Made by a program: the position numbers and the translations under genes
Part shown: one piece after another, positions 58,774 to 64,000 of the stretch
Numbering within the stretch: position 1 is the stretch's first letter
Layout: every line of letters starts with the position of its first letter
NCBI GenBank assembly: GCA_965208325.1
Contig: OZ242326.1
Span: forward strand, 1,920,001 to 1,984,000
DNA length: 64,000 nucleotides
Direction: 5' to 3'
Source of the DNA: Candidatus Poribacteria bacterium
GTDB taxonomy: Bacteria; Poribacteria; WGA-4E; PCPOR2b
Notes under the pieces: model-generated
What the model saw: the letters and a program-made list of their open reading frames with translations, nothing else
Told to the model about the DNA's origin: nothing
Databases searched by the model: none

Positions 58774-60575
58774 TGGCGATGATGGGTTTGTGTGGTCGAG
58801 GCAATGTACAAAATTAGTCTGAAATGTGATTTGTGTGATTGAAAATCGAGGCTGGGAAGCCTCTCCCACACACCGGTGAGTCGATGCATAATTTTTTATA
58901 ATCGAGGTTGATTGGGGCGCAGGAGGTTTTTAAGGCAGAAGACTGTAGGAAAACTATCGCCCTCCCTATTCGGTCGGTTGAACGTTGGGTTTCGCTCAGT
59001 TGATCCTATTTCGCCGCGTGATTCCACCAATTACGTTACTTCAGCATTGGCGGGGCAAGATGCCCCGCCTACATGGGGTGGGGGCACACGTAGGGCAAGA
59101 TGCCCGCCTTCGGCGTGTGGTGGCGCACACGGGGCAAGGAAAATCTGTGAGTTTAAGAAACCGAGTTTTGAAGAAAAAACTCGGTTTTAAATACGGGTCG
59201 CGATTCGGAGATCGCTCCTACGGCGGGTGAAGGATTGTTGGAAGAATGGAAGGATGGAAGATTGGCGATGATGGGTTTGTGTGGTCGAGGCAATGTACAA
59301 AATTAGTCTGAAATGTGATTTGTGTGATTGAAAATCGAGGCTGGGAAGCCTCTCCCACACACCGGTGAGTTGATGCATAATTTTTGATAATTGAGCTTGA
59401 TTGGGTTGCGGAAGGTTTTTAAGGCAGAAGACTGTAGGAAAACTATCGCCCTCCCTATTCGGTCGGTTGATCGTTGGGTTTCGCTCAGTTGATCCTATTT
59501 CGCCGCGTGATTCCACCAATTACGTTACTTCAGCATTGGCGGGGCAAGATGCCCCGCCTACATGGGGTGGGGGCACACGTAGGGCAAGATGCCCGCCTTC
59601 GGCGTGTGGTGGCGCACACGGGGCAAGGAAAATCTGTGAGTTTAAGAAACCGAGTTTTGAAGAAAAAACTCGGTTTTAAATACGGGTCGCGATTCGGAGA
59701 TCGCTCCTACGGCGGGTGAAGGATTGTTGGAAGAATGGAAGGATGGAAGATTTGCGATGATGGGTTTGTGTGGTCGAGGCAACTTACAAAAATAGTCTGA
59801 ACCGTGATTTGTGTGATTGAAAATCGAGGCTGGGAAGCCTCTCCCACACACCGGTGAGTCGATGCATAATTTTTTATATTCGAGGTTGATTGGGTTGCGG
59901 GAGGTTTTCAAGGCAGAAGACCTTAGGAAAACTATCGCCCTCCCTATTCGGTCGGTTGAACGTTGGGTTTCGCTCAGTTGATCCTATTTCGCCGCGTGAT
60001 TCCACCAATTACGTTACTTCAGCATTGGCGGGGCAAGATGCCCGCCTACATGGGGTGGTGGCACACGTAGGGCAAGATGCCCGCCTTCGGCGTGTGGTGG
60101 CGCACACGGGGCAAGGAAAATCTGTGAGTTTAAGAAACCGAGTTTTGAAGAAAAAACTCGGTTTTAAATACGGGTCGCGATTCGGAGATCGCTCCTACGG
60201 CGGGTGAAGGATTGTTGGAAGAATGGAAGGATGGAAGATTGGCGATGATGGGTTTGTGTGGTCGAGGCAAGGTACAAAATAGTCTGAAATGTGATTTGTG
60301 TGATTTACAATCGAGGCTGGGAAGCCTCTCCCACACACCGGTGAGTCAATACATAATTTTTGATAATCGAGCTTGATTGGGTTGCGGGAGGTTTTTAAGG
60401 CAGAAGACTGTAGGAAAACTATCGCCCTCCCTATTCGGTCGGTTGATCCTCCGCTATTCGGTCGGTTGATCGTTGGGTTTCGCTCTGTGTATATTGACAG
60501 AAGCATCTTTAGAAATGCTGAACGTCAATCGCTGCCTGAACCGTATTGGGATTATTCGCTCTACCCAACCTACAA
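58774..60575. repeat. Near-perfect tandem repeat, 489-bp unit, about 3.5 copies, built of REP-like modules
   Basis: Equivalent positions 58912, 59401, 59890 and about 60377; each unit carries families E, A (twice), D and C plus cgttgggtttcgct. Confidence 0.92.
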
Positions 60576-60758
60576 GAGCTTTCAAACAGATTCTAAATAT
60601 TGAAACTCGTTCGTGGTTCGTTATGCCTGATTATAACACGGAGAAGTTTGTAAAATGAAACAAATCGCGGCACTATAGTGAGCTAAGGTATGAGTTTCCG
60701 CTGTGTATTACGAGAATTTTAGGGTTGACTGTGTTATTTTTGCAGCAGGAGGACATTG

Positions 60759-63700
60759 ATGAAAATAGAAATTAAGCGCGCTTGGCAATTCTTGACAATC
60801 ACTTTGCTGATGCTCGCATTTTTGATTGGCTGTCAAGAGGAGGTCACCCGTAAGGCTGATTGGGAAACTCATTTTACAGATCTCCACTTTACCAGCCCCA
60901 AACACGGCTGGATTGTGGGAGAAAAGGGGTTTATCATTCACACGGGGGACGGCGGCAAGACATGGCACCGCCAGGAGGTTGGGACCTCGGAAGATTTCAA
61001 GGCTGTCTACTTTACGAACCGGAAATATGGTTGGGCGGCAGGCGACAACGGCGTGATTGCCGCGACCGATGACGGCGGCAGACACTGGCATCTCCAGAAG
61101 AGCAACACCTCCGGTATGCTGAGAGATGTCGTCTTTGCGGATTCCAATAAGGGCTGGATTGTGGGAGAAGACAATTACGTGATTGCGACAAAGAACGGCG
61201 GAAAAACATGGGAGCGCCAACAATATGTGAGCGATTTTACGCTGAATGGCGTCTGGTTTGTCGATAATCGGCGGGGATGGACAGTCGGCGAATATGAGAG
61301 CGTGCTCCGCACAGACGACGGGGGAAACACTTGGCGTGAACAAACTACGCGCGAAGGTATCGTACGAAATCGGTTGGTCAATGACAACCGGCGTGTGTTT
61401 TTCATCAGCGACAACGTCGGATGGATGGGCGGCAGCGATGGTTCAATTTACCATACACAGAACGGGGGCGCACGATGGCAAGGACAGGACAGCCGCATTC
61501 CGAGCATTAACGGCCACGTAAGAGAGACGGTTAACGGGGTTCACTTTTTGGACAAAAAGCGCGGTCTGGCGGTCGCGGATATCGGCTTTATCACGTTCAC
61601 TGAAGACGGCGGTGACAACTGGCGCCTGCTAGCGAGCGAGACGGAAAACAACCTGATGGCGGTACAGTTCTCGAGCCGGAACGAAGCGTGGGCAGTCGGA
61701 TGGCACGGGACAATCATGCACTCAAAGGACGGCGGAAGTACGTGGACGATGAAAAGCGGAACCACATCGAACGACCTTGAAAACATTCAATTTGCGTCGG
61801 AAAACCGCGCAGTTGCCGTCGGCAAGCGGGGTACGATTGCAATCACTGAAGATGGCGGTCAAACATGGGAAGAGGTCGATACCGATATCTGGGACAATAT
61901 CCGCAACATCTTCTTCATATCCGATCAAGAGGGTTGGTTGATTGGAGAACGGAACATGATTGCCCATACGACCGATGGCGGACGGACGTGGGCGCGCCAG
62001 TACGCGGGCCAGGGTCACATGCTTAACGGCGTGTACTTTGTAACACGGCAGAAGGGATGGGTCGTCGGCGAACTCGGCACAGTTCTTTACACCGCCGACG
62101 GCGGCGCGTCCTGGGTTTCCCAAACAGCGACGGAATTTCAGTCGCTCAAAGGCGTCTTCTTTCTCAATGGAAAAGAGGGTTGGGTTGTCGGGTGGCCAGG
62201 GGTTATCCAACACACGACTAACGGCGGGATGTCATGGACGCCGCAGACTTCCGGGACCTTTAACGAACTGTACGCGGTGCACTTTGCCGACAGCCAAAAC
62301 GGTTGGGTGGTGGGACAGTTCGGGGAAATTCTGCGCACCAAGGATGGCGGGCAGACTTGGAGATTTCAGCGAAGCGGCGTCAAGGTGAATCTCAACAAAA
62401 TTTACCTCGCTGACACTATGCACGGCATCATCGTCGGCGACAATGGAATCATCCTGACTACGACGGACGGCGGCGAGAATTGGATGAAGCAGGTGAGCGG
62501 TACGGAGAACGACCTTATGGGTTTCTCAATTTCGCCAGAAGGTATGGTCGTAGTCGGCCGGGGCGGTATCGCAATGCGGTATTCGATTGATCCGGCGGAA
62601 CTCCCGGTGACGCTGCCGTCTGTAGCCAAAGTTGAAGAACCACAACCTTCCGAGGATGCCGTAACAGTCGAAGAGGTGACTTACCATTGGGACATTATCC
62701 GCCGCGCCACGTGGCAGACCGATTTTACAGACACGTTCTTCCTCAATGAGCACACCGGATGGGCTGTCGGAAAAGGCGGGGTTATTGCTCACACAACTGA
62801 CAGCGGAAAAACTTGGCTGCCACAGCATAGCGGCGTTGAGGCGGAGCTTACTCAGGTGACATTTGTTGACCCCCTGCACGGATGGATTACGGGCCGCCGC
62901 ATGTTGCTGCGGACTGATGACGGCGGCGGCACTTGGCAGGTGGTCAGAGGTGTTTTGCAGAACTTACAGGGTATCAATACGATGCAATTCATTACGCCTA
63001 CAGAGGGGTGGCTTGGGGTTGATACGGCACAAATTCTGCACACAATCGACGGCGGGTTGACGTGGCTGCGCCAACATACCGGCACCTCCGACCAGCCTAT
63101 AACAGATTTGCATTTTATCAATTCAAGTGAGGGCTGGGCGGTTTTGAGAGATCGCCAAGTGGGCGGACTGGTTCTTCATACCACCGACGGCGGCGGTTAT
63201 TGGAAGATACTCGACAAGACAAATTTAGCCGGAATTGGGGTTTATTTCGCCGATTCAAATTTGGGGTGGGTTGTGCAGGCAAACGGTTCATCAATTGTCA
63301 CGCACGACGGCGGCTCCACCTGGAAACGAGTCAATTCGGAATTAGGCTCGTCAACGGGCACGCTTGAGCGGGTAACTTTCCGAAACCAAATGGAGGCCTG
63401 GGCTCTCAATAGAGACGGTATCCTCTACCTCACACGCAGCGGCGGCCAAACGTGGGAAGCGGCGAATGTTCCACAACACGAGGGTGCAGCGGGACGCCAG
63501 AATGCCGGCGGAGACGGAATTGATTGGTTTTCGCTCTGGGCTGGCGACGAGGAAGTAACTGGCGCCGCAGACGACCCGCCAAGCAATACAGACGATTCGA
63601 GATTGGATGCGGATTTTGCTGATCAGTTCCAAGCGCAAATGAGCGATCAGCGGCAACGTACGGGGCGTTTTACGCCGGAAGGCGACCTGGAAGGAGAAAG

Positions 63701-64000
63701 CGATGCGTCCGCCGACCAATCGCAGACACAGCGGATGGATTCCCAACAGGAGCGAATGCGCCGCAGTGGCACCAGAATACGCGGCAACCCTTCACTGAAC
63801 AGGGTTTATTTCTTAAATGACCAGGTAGCGTGGGCAGTCGGCGACGCCGGACATGTCTTTCACACTGCGAACGGCGGCGAAACGTGGGAACGCCAACTCG
63901 GCGAAAGACTTGATGACGCCATGGATGTCCTCTTTCTCAACGACTTTCAGGGATGGATGGCAGGCGACAACGGGCAGTTACTAGAGACGCAAGACGGCGG
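60759..64000 (+). CDS. Large YCF48/BNR-repeat beta-propeller lipoprotein, runs off the window end
   Basis: ggagg RBS; MKIEIKRAWQFLTITLLMLAFLIGC lipobox; many GW.VG..G.I..T.DGG.TW repeats; same frame at 63993; absent from the ORF track, consistent with no stop in the window. Confidence 0.85.
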   Translation, partial: MKIEIKRAWQFLTITLLMLAFLIGCQEEVTRKADWETHFTDLHFTSPKHGWIVGEKGFIIHTGDGGKTWHRQEVGTSEDFKAVYFTNRKYGWAAGDNGVIAATDDGGRHWHLQKSNTSGMLRDVVFADSNKGWIVGEDNYVIATKNGGKTWERQQYVSDFTLNGVWFVDNRRGWTVGEYESVLRTDDGGNTWREQTTREGIVRNRLVNDNRRVFFISDNVGWMGGSDGSIYHTQNGGARWQGQDSRIPSINGHVRETVNGVHFLDKKRGLAVADIGFITFTEDGGDNWRLLASETENNLMAVQFSSRNEAWAVGWHGTIMHSKDGGSTWTMKSGTTSNDLENIQFASENRAVAVGKRGTIAITEDGGQTWEEVDTDIWDNIRNIFFISDQEGWLIGERNMIAHTTDGGRTWARQYAGQGHMLNGVYFVTRQKGWVVGELGTVLYTADGGASWVSQTATEFQSLKGVFFLNGKEGWVVGWPGVIQHTTNGGMSWTPQTSGTFNELYAVHFADSQNGWVVGQFGEILRTKDGGQTWRFQRSGVKVNLNKIYLADTMHGIIVGDNGIILTTTDGGENWMKQVSGTENDLMGFSISPEGMVVVGRGGIAMRYSIDPAELPVTLPSVAKVEEPQPSEDAVTVEEVTYHWDIIRRATWQTDFTDTFFLNEHTGWAVGKGGVIAHTTDSGKTWLPQHSGVEAELTQVTFVDPLHGWITGRRMLLRTDDGGGTWQVVRGVLQNLQGINTMQFITPTEGWLGVDTAQILHTIDGGLTWLRQHTGTSDQPITDLHFINSSEGWAVLRDRQVGGLVLHTTDGGGYWKILDKTNLAGIGVYFADSNLGWVVQANGSSIVTHDGGSTWKRVNSELGSSTGTLERVTFRNQMEAWALNRDGILYLTRSGGQTWEAANVPQHEGAAGRQNAGGDGIDWFSLWAGDEEVTGAADDPPSNTDDSRLDADFADQFQAQMSDQRQRTGRFTPEGDLEGESDASADQSQTQRMDSQQERMRRSGTRIRGNPSLNRVYFLNDQVAWAVGDAGHVFHTANGGETWERQLGERLDDAMDVLFLNDFQGWMAGDNGQLLETQDG

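Noticed and set aside
58912..60506. Repeated 81-110 aa ORFs inside the 489-bp tandem repeat
   Set aside because: They are translations of palindromic REP DNA on both strands with no RBS or protein-like motifs. The same applies to ORFs in the other REP clusters.
60708..63746. Numerous minus-strand and off-frame ORFs at the right end
   Set aside because: They are shadows of the single long + strand BNR-repeat gene starting at 60759.

Overview
Bacterial chromosomal window of moderately high GC. The gene content suggests Candidatus Poribacteria (several PhyH dioxygenases, a PNYPNPFNPETWIPYQL-type secretion tail, ankyrin, HEAT and BNR proteins); this is inference only. The left half (about 2.3-32.9 kb) is a dense anti-phage/anti-plasmid island. 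Its co-directional backbone is an XRE-HTH/SNF2-helicase/DUF3883 nuclease, a DUF1156-type adenine methyltransferase, a DUF499 ATPase and a TM0106-like nuclease-helicase. Nested between these backbone genes are a Menshen-like triad (DUF262, DUF3696 ATPase, third gene), a complete SPARTA pair (TIR-APAZ + short pAgo) and an ABC-ATPase/DUF4276-like pair. Two further homologous ABC-ATPase + small PD-(D/E)XK-like pairs bracket the island. Remnants of one aspartyl-protease gene flank the Menshen-like cassette on both sides. The right half holds housekeeping, metabolic and secreted-protein genes (glycerate kinase, murB, epimerases, PhyH, AtuA, BNR propellers), a REP-associated tyrosine transposase (RAYT) and many REP-like palindromes. 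These palindromes form short direct arrays and long (about 270-700 bp) mosaic tandem units with a strong strand bias. No rRNA, tRNA, CRISPR-cas or integrase was recognised. All family calls come from motif recognition by eye; no database searches were run.
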